Below, in pieces: positions 1 through 7,959 of a stretch of 32,000 nt of DNA (positions within the stretch are counted from its first letter, which is position 1; each line of letters starts with the position of its first letter). The DNA lies in contig JBMYVL010000006.1 in the NCBI GenBank assembly GCA_049606355.1, positions 30,001 to 62,000 of the forward strand. Direction: 5' to 3'. Below the pieces are notes generated by a model, which worked only from the letters and a program-made list of their open reading frames with translations, made no database searches and was not told the DNA's origin. A program made the position numbers and the translations under genes. This DNA comes from Opitutales bacterium (GTDB lineage Bacteria; Verrucomicrobiota; Verrucomicrobiia; Opitutales; Coraliomargaritaceae).

Positions 1-2601
1 GTGCCACCGGGCGAACTCACTTTTGTCGAGTGTTTTGGCTAAATTAAAATAGGCAACGCGGATGTTTGCTTTGCCCGTAGATCGCATGGCTAGCGCATAC
101 AGGGGCAGCTGCAGGTTTATCCAGCGGTAGGTTTTTCCGTCCAATTCGAAAAGGGCCTCTTCCGGCACATGTGTCGGGAGGCCTTTCTTGCCTAGTTGTA
201 CCAAGTGCGCTTGCTGTGGATTTTTGGGAGTATCGCTGGTCTTATAGTCAATCAACTCAATGAGCTCATCACGCTGATCTGTACGATCAATGCGTCCCTT
301 TATTTGGACGCCTTCAATAGAGAAATTATCAAAGGCAACTTCGGTATCCAGAATGTGGGTACAGCCGTTTGCTTCAATATCTTCGATCTGTCGTTCGCAA
401 AATGCGCTGAGCCGTGCGAGTAAGGATTCTTTTTGCAGTCTTAATGCGAAAGACAGGTGTTTGCCGTAGCGGTGTTGAATTTTTTGTTCGGCGATGGCGT
501 GCAGCTTTTCGATGAGGCCGTGGGCCGTAGTCTGCTGGGTGAGGTGTCTACCCTTGAGCTCCTCGACAACATCATGAAATAGATTGCCAAACGTAGCGGC
601 ACTGAGCTCGCGTGTTTCGACATCGATCGGGCGCATACGCAGCACTTCTTTTAGAAAAAAGCGAAAGGGGCAGGTTAAGTAACTGGTCAGTGCGCTCACT
701 GATATAGAGTCGGGGCGCGACAACCGAGGGGGTGCTCTCAGTTTCCAAGGGAGGGTATGCGAACCATGGCTGCGGATGTTCGCTGCTGTACCGAATAATT
801 TCTGCGTGCGCGGCACGAGGGTATCTGCGCTCCCCAGGAACAGTAAGCGTGAGGGTTTCAGTGGCGAACCATCCGCGGTCGTTTGTGGGACCAAGAGTTC
901 GATGCGCCCACTTTGGCGGCGCCGTTGGCACAAGGCCTCGAGTAAATAAGCGTCGCGTGCGAAACGCTGAGCGTTGGTACGCAGTCCCAGGGCGTCGCGT
1001 AAGCTTTCCGGGAGGAAGGCATCGCCAACGATTGATTCAGGTACAATGGTTTCGTTGATACCGGCGAGAATCAGGTGTGGGGCATCATTCCAAAGCAGCT
1101 CGAGCCAGCCCAGCAAGTCATGCGCGTTTTCAGGACGTTCGGGATAGACCACCGCTTGTCGCAGTGTCTGCTGGAAGGCTGATCGGATGAATTGCGCAGG
1201 CAATTTTGGAAATAGGGTCTCCGCTTGGTGCGCTTGGTCGAGCAGCTTGCGAATCGCTCCGGCGCGCGCTTGCCAATTCGCAGTTTGTGGATTGCCCAAT
1301 TCGATTTCGCGTTCGCTATAGATGGTTTGTAGGGCGGTTGCCAGTGCCGGTGCAAAGGGTTCCTGGGGGGTAGCCAGAGAGCGCTCCAGCTGCTTGAGCT
1401 GTTTGAGCGCAGCGCTCAATGCGGGATCTTTACTGAAGCGAAGGAGTGCGGGCAAATCCGCTGCCAAATGGCGCTCAAAAACTGTATCCACTTGGCTTAG
1501 GAGTTTTTCCTGTGTGTCCGTTACACCCAACCAATGCACGATATCGGGATGCTGCAGTAAGGTTCGAATCGTCGACGTGTGGCTGCCTTCGGCTAATTCG
1601 CAGAGGAGTTCGGCGAGGCGTCCGACCCCTCCCAATTGCAGCATTTCGCCCTCTGGATTATAAAACGGAATGTGCTGTGCGCGCAGTGTATCTCCGACGG
1701 TTGGGTTTAAGGCAGGATCGGCGAGGCCGATGAGCACGGATTCAGGTGCGGCCTTTTGGGTTGCCTGTGCGATGTGTGCCGCGGTTTGTTGGGCATCCGG
1801 GAAGGATTGTAAGTGGCAGTTCCAAGCTTCCAGATCCATTGCCCGCGCGGTCCATGGATCGGTGTGGGGGCGCCCCCAGTCATCAAAGAGTTCGGCATCC
1901 GGCCCATAAATCCAAACGTCGACCGGGGTGGTGTGCGCCGCTTGTTGCAGTGCCTTCAGCGCGAGGGGTTGAGGATCGGGTGTCGCGACGAGGATGATAC
2001 GCTCAATATCTTTGGGTGCTTGGTAAGTTTGCGCCGCCGCCTGCCGTGCCTGGTTTGGGTCGAGCTGATTATTGCGCTTCAGCTGGTCGAGATAGAGCCC
2101 TTCGAGGCGTGCCAGCTCACGCCAGCGTTCGGCTTCGATCCCTGCGGCGCAGGCCCGTTCCGCTGCAGTGTGTATCGTCAGCCCATCTTCGCCCAAGGTA
2201 CGGCACAGTTGGATCAGTTGGCGCGCCATCCCAAGTTGCCATGCGACGGTGGTTGCCGGTGCTACCGGAAACAGTGCTTGAAAGTGCTCGCAATCGATCT
2301 GTTCTAAAACGGTCGCCCATGCGGCCATTACACATGTTTCGCTGGCGACAGCGGCATCACTGAGTACGCGACTCAGGAGTGACTCCGGGGTCAGTAGTTG
2401 CGGCGCTAAAAGTCCACCTCCGGTAGCGCTCGCCGTGAGGGCCAATGTTTCGCGCAGACGCCGCCCTGCTTGCACCGTTGGTACAATCACCAGTAAGTGA
2501 CTCAGATCAATCCAGCGGCCCGACTGGAGCGTCTGCAGACGTTCGGCGACCGCGGGGAGTAGCGGTACTTGCCAATCCAAATGTAGACGAGTGACTTTCA
2601 T
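1..2601 (-). CDS. PD-(D/E)XK nuclease family protein, AddB-like (degenerate helicase-like N-terminal region plus RecB-type nuclease domain); 3' end runs off the left edge
   Basis: Absent from the supplied track because it has no stop inside the window. I checked every plus-strand triplet in register 1-3, 4-6 ... up to 2634 for tta/cta/tca and found none. The first in-frame upstream stop is at 2635-2637 and the first ATG is at 2601. My translation begins MKVTRLHLDWQVPLLPAVAERLQ. Near the left edge it reads SALTSYLTCPFRFFLKEVL, which looks like the first Cys of an AddB/Cas4-type Fe-S site. It then reads FDNFSIEGVQIKGRIDRTDQRDELIELIDYKTSDTPK...WINLQLPLYALA, giving the GRIDR, (D/E)xK and QxxxY RecB-family nuclease motifs. 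The listed plus-strand ORFs between 196 and 2363 are shadows of this gene. Confidence 0.8.
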   Translation of the reverse strand, partial: MKVTRLHLDWQVPLLPAVAERLQTLQSGRWIDLSHLLVIVPTVQAGRRLRETLALTASATGGGLLAPQLLTPESLLSRVLSDAAVASETCVMAAWATVLEQIDCEHFQALFPVAPATTVAWQLGMARQLIQLCRTLGEDGLTIHTAAERACAAGIEAERWRELARLEGLYLDQLKRNNQLDPNQARQAAAQTYQAPKDIERIILVATPDPQPLALKALQQAAHTTPVDVWIYGPDAELFDDWGRPHTDPWTARAMDLEAWNCHLQSFPDAQQTAAHIAQATQKAAPESVLIGLADPALNPTVGDTLRAQHIPFYNPEGEMLQLGGVGRLAELLCELAEGSHTSTIRTLLQHPDIVHWLGVTDTQEKLLSQVDTVFERHLAADLPALLRFSKDPALSAALKQLKQLERSLATPQEPFAPALATALQTIYSEREIELGNPQTANWQARAGAIRKLLDQAHQAETLFPKLPAQFIRSAFQQTLRQAVVYPERPENAHDLLGWLELLWNDAPHLILAGINETIVPESIVGDAFLPESLRDALGLRTNAQRFARDAYLLEALCQRRRQSGRIELLVPQTTADGSPLKPSRLLFLGSADTLVPRTQKLFGTAANIRSHGSHTLPWKLRAPPRLSRPDSISVSALTSYLTCPFRFFLKEVLRMRPIDVETRELSAATFGNLFHDVVEELKGRHLTQQTTAHGLIEKLHAIAEQKIQHRYGKHLSFALRLQKESLLARLSAFCERQIEDIEANGCTHILDTEVAFDNFSIEGVQIKGRIDRTDQRDELIELIDYKTSDTPKNPQQAHLVQLGKKGLPTHVPEEALFELDGKTYRWINLQLPLYALAMRSTGKANIRVAYFNLAKTLDKSEFARWH

Positions 2602-2657
2602 ACGGTTCGGGGCGTGGGGTGTACGTACTATCAGTCAGCGTAATCGCAGCGTCACGT

Positions 2658-2963
2658 TTAAAGATCTGCCAGCAGTGCGCGCAACTCAGCAGCCGGTTCG
2701 TCATGCCGTTGCTCAATCGCCAGTTGCAGCGCTTCTTGTAACCTGTGTTTGGCGCGAGCGGTCTCATTGTTGGCGAGCAGCGCTTTGCCCAATAGAATGC
2801 GAGGCAGCATCCAGTCATCGCGCGAGCTAGCGCAACGCTCCAGATGCGGGATGGAGGCATCGCTTGCGCCCTCATCGTAGAGGGCTTGTGCCAGACTGAA
2901 ACGGAAGAGCATATTGTCCGGGTTATTTTCAACTTTGGGTCGAAAGAGAGCTGATTTTTTCAT
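2658..2963 (-). CDS. small TPR-like helical repeat protein (101 aa)
   Basis: The ORF lies 14 nt downstream of the dinG stop and 56 nt upstream of the AddB-like start. The sequence FSLAQALYDEGASDASIPHLERCASSRDDWMLPRILLGKALLANNETARAKHRLQEALQLA has the small/large residue spacing typical of about two TPR units. There are no catalytic motifs. Confidence 0.55.
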   Translation of the reverse strand: MKKSALFRPKVENNPDNMLFRFSLAQALYDEGASDASIPHLERCASSRDDWMLPRILLGKALLANNETARAKHRLQEALQLAIEQRHDEPAAELRALLADL

Positions 2964-2977
2964 GCTTGCGTGGCGGC

Positions 2978-5062
2978 TTAGGTCGTTTGGTTCTCCGCTG
3001 GATTAACTATAAGGTCGCGGTTATGGCGATTGAATCGCTGATAGTCGCGGGTGGGGAGTGCCTCAAGAAATTGCCGACCGTAAGGCTTGGAGACAATACG
3101 CGAGTCCAGAATCACGATGGAACCGCTATCTTCATGGCGACGTATCAGGCGGCCAATGCCTTGGCGAAAGCGTACCAGGGCCTCCGGTATAATCAGATCG
3201 CCGAAGGCTTGTCCGCCCAATGCATGGATGTGCTCGCTGCGAGCTTCACTGACCGGATGATTTGGGTTTTCAAAGGGAAGCCGCGCAAGGATCACTTGTG
3301 AGAGTGCCGGGCCGGGGACATCGATGCCAGTCCAGTAACTGTCGGTACCCAATAAAATACCATTGCCGGCAGCTGCGAAGTGCTGGGTCAATTCGCTTCG
3401 TGGGTATTCGAAGCCTTGGCAAAACAGCGGGCGTTTTATTTTTTTGAAAAACGCCTCGGTTCGCTCGCGAACTTGGCGCAGGTCGAAATGACTGGTGAAC
3501 AGCACCAAGGTGCCGCCGGCAACACGTCGACTGCACCAGCAGATCATATTGGACAAGTAGTCAAGGTCGAGACGTCCGGCGCCCGGTTCCGGTAAGGGTG
3601 CATCAGTGGCAATGTAGACGCGACAGTTTTCCTTGTAGTTAAATGGCGACGCTTCGATTTGTGTTTCAGCGGCGGCCGCGCCGACTTTTGTTTGAAAGCT
3701 GTCGATGGATTGGCCGTCGGAAAGGGTGGCGCTGGTGAGAATCGCAGCGGTGTGTCGACTGAAGAGCGCCTCACGTAAGGCAGGCGCGACGTCAAGTGGC
3801 GCACTTCGAAGTGTGACGATCTGGCCTTTTTTACCGCCGCGCTCGATCCAGTGCACATGGTCACTTTCAGCTAAACGTAAGAAGCCATTGAGGGTATCTT
3901 GATAGCCAAGGATACGACTGCGGTGATCGCGCAACTCATCCTGCATGCGCTCCTCATCGATCTTTTGAATCAGACCACCAATGCGTTCTGCGACTTCTTT
4001 GAGCGGCCCGGAGAGTATGTTGTCACAGAAATCCGGTTCATGGATACGCTGAATCGGTTTCTTGCGCAGGAACAGTTCATCGAGGTAGGCGAAGAATTCA
4101 CGATTTGCAGCAATCGCTTCTTCGACTGCAGTCAAGTCCCACTGTTGCCCATATTTCCTTAACACACCACGCTTGGTGCGTGGATTGTACAGCCGTTTCA
4201 GCGCTCGATCGACGGCATATGAGCTGACGTGAATGCCAAAATGGTCGGTCGCAATCGAGGGGATGCGATGGGCTTCGTCCAGTACGAGACAATCATCCGC
4301 AAGCAATATGCCGCGGGTAGTGCCCTTGGGTGGCATGCCAGCGTTGATTAAGGAGAAGAGCAGGCTGTGATTTACGATCACACAATTTGCACTCAACAGT
4401 TGCTTGCGCGCGCGCTGGTAGAAGCAAACTGCAGGGTCGCAGTTTTTGCGCGAACAGGTCGAGCTGTCGGCGTTGATCGCATCCCACACGTCAGCGAGTG
4501 GAGGCGGCGACAGTTCTTGGAGTACCCCATTGGTCGCCTCGGCTGACCATTTAGCCAGACGGATCAATTCCTGTTTTTGTTCGGCAGGAAACAGTTCCGT
4601 CTGCGCCGATTGAGCATCCTTGAGGGCATTGCCGAGCCGCGTGGTACAACAGTAGTTGCCGCGTCCGATCATGAGTGCGGTTTTGAATTTCGCGTAGCGC
4701 TGCAATTGCGGAACTTTTTGAAACAGTTGCCGGCAAATCTTGAGGTCTTTGCTTCGAATTTGTTCCTGCAGTGTAATGGTATGGCTGGATACAATGAAGG
4801 GGCGCTCAGAATCCACCGAGTGCAGGATGCCGGGAATCAAATAGGCGAGGCTCTTGCCGACCCCTGTGCCTGCTTCGACCAGCAGGGCTTGGTCGGTTTC
4901 CAAGGCGCTGGCAACAGAGAGGGCCATGGCGGCTTGTTGCGGTCGATGGTCAAGGCCAAGCTCGGTTTCTAAGCTGCCGCCGGCTTTGAAAATGGACTCG
5001 ACGAGGCTTACTAAATAACCCGCTTCGCGAGGGGCGCCTGCATTTTCAATGAGTCCGATCAT
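2978..5062 (-). CDS. dinG: ATP-dependent DNA helicase, DinG/XPD (Rad3-related) family with Fe-S cluster domain
   Basis: 694 aa. Walker A is EAGTGVGKSLAYLIPG and the DEAH box is LVLDEAHRIP. Four cysteines are spaced as in DinG/XPD Fe-S domains (GNYCC ... STCSRKNCDPAVCFYQ). The C-terminal helicase domain 2 contains LFTSH, TDSYWTGIDVPG and RLIR motifs. Confidence 0.85.
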   Translation of the reverse strand: MIGLIENAGAPREAGYLVSLVESIFKAGGSLETELGLDHRPQQAAMALSVASALETDQALLVEAGTGVGKSLAYLIPGILHSVDSERPFIVSSHTITLQEQIRSKDLKICRQLFQKVPQLQRYAKFKTALMIGRGNYCCTTRLGNALKDAQSAQTELFPAEQKQELIRLAKWSAEATNGVLQELSPPPLADVWDAINADSSTCSRKNCDPAVCFYQRARKQLLSANCVIVNHSLLFSLINAGMPPKGTTRGILLADDCLVLDEAHRIPSIATDHFGIHVSSYAVDRALKRLYNPRTKRGVLRKYGQQWDLTAVEEAIAANREFFAYLDELFLRKKPIQRIHEPDFCDNILSGPLKEVAERIGGLIQKIDEERMQDELRDHRSRILGYQDTLNGFLRLAESDHVHWIERGGKKGQIVTLRSAPLDVAPALREALFSRHTAAILTSATLSDGQSIDSFQTKVGAAAAETQIEASPFNYKENCRVYIATDAPLPEPGAGRLDLDYLSNMICWCSRRVAGGTLVLFTSHFDLRQVRERTEAFFKKIKRPLFCQGFEYPRSELTQHFAAAGNGILLGTDSYWTGIDVPGPALSQVILARLPFENPNHPVSEARSEHIHALGGQAFGDLIIPEALVRFRQGIGRLIRRHEDSGSIVILDSRIVSKPYGRQFLEALPTRDYQRFNRHNRDLIVNPAENQTT

Positions 5063-5160
5063 ATAAGAGGTGGAAGAACTGTTTGGATCCGAAGGCAGTG
5101 GAGCACGAATTCACGCATTTGAAAAGGCTCGGGGTGCAGAGTTTTGCTGAAATACGCTTG

Positions 5161-5203
5161 CGAACCATACTTATTTAGAATAATTCTAAATAAGTATGGT
5201 TCG
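5161..5203. promoter_or_regulatory. perfect 21+1+21 nt palindrome in the dinG/ATPase divergent intergenic region; candidate metalloregulator operator and/or start-codon-sequestering hairpin
   Basis: cgaaccatacttatttagaat-a-attctaaataagtatggttcg. I verified that the reverse complement equals the sequence except at the central base. The ATPase ATG (5196-5198) lies inside the right arm. The centre reads TTAGAAT-A-ATTCTAA. Confidence 0.6.
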
Positions 5204-7481
5204 TCACAAGTCATCGTCGGTGCCTCCCAGTTGGGAGACGGCGTTAGCGCATTTCCTGAACCGGTCGGCAGGCGTTGAGGCAGTGCACGTCGATGCCGAG
5301 CAGCAACGTATCCAGTTGGCGACACTGGGTCCGATCGATCTCAAAGCTTTGGAAGCGCATTTACGGGCGACACTGCAGCAAGTTGACGCGGTGCAGGAAG
5401 AAGCGCCACCACCGGGTATCGTCATTCGAGCGACAGAGGATGGTCGGGTACAAATCCACAAACCGAGCTGTCCGACCGCACCGCTACTGTGGCGTTGGCG
5501 TGAAGTGGCCTGGCCGGTTGAGCCAGTCGAAGCAGTTGAGCCCAGTTGGCAAGCTCTGGTCGCGCTGGCTGGTTGTTGTGCGGTGCTCGGAATTTTGGGT
5601 TGGTGCTTGGGCCAGTTTGAAGCCGTGCCGACTTGGTTGCCGATCACTTTGTTCATCGGCGGGATGCTTGCTGGCGGCTGGGATGCCCTGCAGGATGTAC
5701 GCGAGGGTTTACCAAAAGGTGAGTTGGATATTCACTTTTTAATGATCGCCGTGGCGCTCGGTGCCGCGTCGATTGGCGCGTGGGCCGAAGGAACCTTACT
5801 CCTTTTTTTGTTCTCCTTCTCCGGGGCCATGGAGGCCTTTGCCTTGTGCCGCACGCGCACTGCCATTAACAGCCTGTTGCATGCCGCACCTCAAACTGCG
5901 ATCATTTTGGATCGTAGCGGCCATGAGCGAACGGTACCCGTAGCCGCAGTCGAAGTCGGTGAGATGATTGTGGTGCGACCGGGTGAATTGTTCCCAGTCG
6001 ATGCTTCGGTTTGTGTCGGTCAAAGTGCTGCCGATGAATCGAACCTCACGGGTGAGGCCAATCCGGTCGGTAAGCAGGTCGGTGATACCGTATACAGTGG
6101 GACGCTTAATCTATGGGGTTCGGTGCAGGCACAAGTGATGCGGCGTGCCACGGACAGCGCATTGCAGAAAGTAATTCATTTGATCCGTGAGGCACAGCAT
6201 TTGAAAGCGCCAAGCCAGCAGTTGACGGATCGTTTCGGGACCAGGTACACCCTGACGATTCTAAGTTTAACCACCGCGATGTTTTTTGTTTGGTGGCTCG
6301 GCTTTGAGATACCGGCCTTTTATAATACGGAAATTTTGCACTCGGCATTTTACCGGGCGATGACGCTGTTGGTGGTAGCGAGTCCTTGCGCACTGGTCCT
6401 TTCGATTCCGTCAGCTATTTTAGCAGCCATTGCCAGCGGTGCCCGGCACGGCATTTTGTTTCGTGGGGGAGCGGCAATTGAGAAGCTGGCAGAAGTCGAT
6501 CTAGTGGCTTTGGATAAAACCGGCACCCTGACAACCGGGGAAATGCGTGTCGACTCGGTCGAGAGTTTTCCACCCGGGCGCGAAGAGGAAGCTGCGACGC
6601 TGGCGTATTCGCTCGAGTCACACGGCTCACACCCGATCGCACGCGCGATTCAACGCTATGGTAAGGCGGAGGGCTTGCGGCGACGAGCGATCGATCATTT
6701 CAAGGCGATGAGTGGTAAAGGCGTGCGCGGTCGAGATGGCGAAGCGCTTTGCGTGCTTGGACGACGTGAGCTACTTGAAGAAGGACCTCTTTCGGAATGG
6801 ATACGCAGAGTTCCTGAGCCGCCTCCAGAGTATATTGAGAATTGGATTTTTAAGGACGACTTAATTGCGCGCATTCTGCTAAAAGATCAAATTAGGGCAG
6901 AGTCGAAGGCGACTTTACAGGTACTCAAGCAGGAGGGCATGCGCACCGTTATGCTTACCGGCGATCGCCGTGGCGCAGCTCAAGCCGTGGCACGCGAGCT
7001 TGGCATTGACGAGTTGCGATTCGGTTTGAAACCCGCCGATAAAGTTCAGGCGATTCGGACGTACTCGGAATCTGGATACAAGGTAGCGATGGTCGGCGAT
7101 GGTGTGAATGATGCCCCGAGTTTAGCGGCTGCTTACGTATCGGTAGCGATGGGGGTACGCGGTAGTGATGCAGCTCTGGAGCAGAGTGAAGTCGTGCTGA
7201 TGGAAGATCGTATCGACCGTTTTATGGATGCGGTTGCTTTGAGTGTACGGGCCCGCAGGATCATGCGTCAGAATTTAGTGATCGCATTAAGTACCGTGGT
7301 ACTGATGGCTTTGGCAGCCATGGGCGGTTGGTTACCTTTGAGTGCCGGCGTATTTGCCCATGAAGGGAGTACAGTGATCGTTTGTCTGAATAGTTTGCGG
7401 CTCCTGACTCAGCGCGGTTCCTTAAAGTCCGATCGCAAGGTAGAACCAGACGATAACGCAGAGGCTCAAGCCAAACTTTAA
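5196..7481 (+). CDS. heavy-metal translocating P-type ATPase, P1B-4 subtype signature (Co/Fe/Zn-type exporter, CzcP/PfeT/CtpD-like)
   Basis: 761 aa. It has the TGE (NLTGEANP), DKTGTLT, TGDRR and GDGVNDAP motifs. The transmembrane metal site is SPC (VVASPCALVLS) rather than CPC. The last helix has HEGSTVIVCLNS, which fits HEG(G/S)T-x5-(N/S)(G/A/S). The N-terminal ~110 aa resemble the back half of an HMA fold but contain no CxxC. An in-frame stop at 5187-5189 rules out any N-terminal extension. Confidence 0.9.
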   Translation: MVRHKSSSVPPSWETALAHFLNRSAGVEAVHVDAEQQRIQLATLGPIDLKALEAHLRATLQQVDAVQEEAPPPGIVIRATEDGRVQIHKPSCPTAPLLWRWREVAWPVEPVEAVEPSWQALVALAGCCAVLGILGWCLGQFEAVPTWLPITLFIGGMLAGGWDALQDVREGLPKGELDIHFLMIAVALGAASIGAWAEGTLLLFLFSFSGAMEAFALCRTRTAINSLLHAAPQTAIILDRSGHERTVPVAAVEVGEMIVVRPGELFPVDASVCVGQSAADESNLTGEANPVGKQVGDTVYSGTLNLWGSVQAQVMRRATDSALQKVIHLIREAQHLKAPSQQLTDRFGTRYTLTILSLTTAMFFVWWLGFEIPAFYNTEILHSAFYRAMTLLVVASPCALVLSIPSAILAAIASGARHGILFRGGAAIEKLAEVDLVALDKTGTLTTGEMRVDSVESFPPGREEEAATLAYSLESHGSHPIARAIQRYGKAEGLRRRAIDHFKAMSGKGVRGRDGEALCVLGRRELLEEGPLSEWIRRVPEPPPEYIENWIFKDDLIARILLKDQIRAESKATLQVLKQEGMRTVMLTGDRRGAAQAVARELGIDELRFGLKPADKVQAIRTYSESGYKVAMVGDGVNDAPSLAAAYVSVAMGVRGSDAALEQSEVVLMEDRIDRFMDAVALSVRARRIMRQNLVIALSTVVLMALAAMGGWLPLSAGVFAHEGSTVIVCLNSLRLLTQRGSLKSDRKVEPDDNAEAQAKL

Positions 7482-7907
7482 AGCCAATGCGACGGCTGCG
7501 CCGAGTAGGGTGCCGATGCCCGCTCGACTGCCCGCGCGCAGGCTGCGACCGGCGTAGAGCTCCCCTGCAATAGCACCCAGGATAGGCCCCAGTAGCAGCC
7601 ACAGGAGCGGTGGAGGAAGAAAGAGCCCGATCCCAGCACCCAGGACCGCGCCGAGTGCACCTTTCCATGTAGCACCAAATTGTTTCGCGCCCCAAAAACT
7701 GAGTGCCGCATCACTGATGAGACCGAGTGCCGTCAGCCCCCCTGTCAGTAGTACCACTTGCCAACCAACCGATGCATCTCTCATCCAGAGTTGGTGTAAG
7801 AGTACGCCACACCATACAATACAACTTCCTGGCAGGACTGGTAGAAAGCAGGTGATGAGCCCGGCGAGAAAAACGCAGGCGACCACACTATGAGCGAGGA
7901 GTTCCAT
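7422..7907 (-). CDS. DUF456-family small integral membrane protein
   Basis: 161 aa, almost entirely hydrophobic and Gly-rich, with about four predicted helices. It has the central FWGAKQFGATWKGALGAVLGA segment typical of DUF456 proteins. Its 3' end overlaps the convergent ATPase gene by 60 nt. Confidence 0.7.
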   Translation of the reverse strand: MELLAHSVVACVFLAGLITCFLPVLPGSCIVWCGVLLHQLWMRDASVGWQVVLLTGGLTALGLISDAALSFWGAKQFGATWKGALGAVLGAGIGLFLPPPLLWLLLGPILGAIAGELYAGRSLRAGSRAGIGTLLGAAVALALKFGLSLCVIVWFYLAIGL

Positions 7908-7959
7908 TCAAATGACCTTGCCATTTTGAGGGAGCGGCCCATTTTCGCCAGCTTCAATT

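Noticed and set aside
196-2363. A dozen short plus- and minus-strand ORFs from the track (for example 1813..2307 +, 164 aa; 2016..2363 +, 115 aa; 572..931 -, 119 aa) make this region look non-coding or pseudogenised.
   Set aside because: One uninterrupted minus-strand frame spans 1..2634 with clear AddB/RecB-nuclease motifs. The listed ORFs are off-frame or antisense shadows with Arg/Ser/Cys/Pro-rich low-complexity translations.
2507-2932. 141-aa minus-strand ORF overlapping both the small TPR gene and the AddB-like start.
   Set aside because: It is out of frame with two better-supported genes, and its translation has no recognisable motifs.
3430-3455. The hairpin ggcgtttt-atttttttg-aaaaacgcc has flanking A/T runs and resembles a terminator.
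   Set aside because: It lies inside the DinG reading frame (encoding ...FFKKIKRPLF...). The T-run is in the loop rather than after the stem.
5161-5203. The palindrome ends CGAAC...GTTCG resemble the half-sites of a Gram-positive-type LexA (Cheo) box upstream of dinG.
   Set aside because: The half-sites are 33 nt apart rather than 4. I also found no TGTTC-N4-GAACA or CTGT-N8-ACAG motif in 5063..5195, so an SOS box is not supported.
5059-5656. Minus-strand ORFs 5059..5325 (88 aa) and 5204..5656 (150 aa) crossing the dinG/ATPase spacer and the ATPase 5' end.
   Set aside because: One is antisense to the ATPase gene and the other spans the palindromic promoter region. Neither has recognisable motifs.
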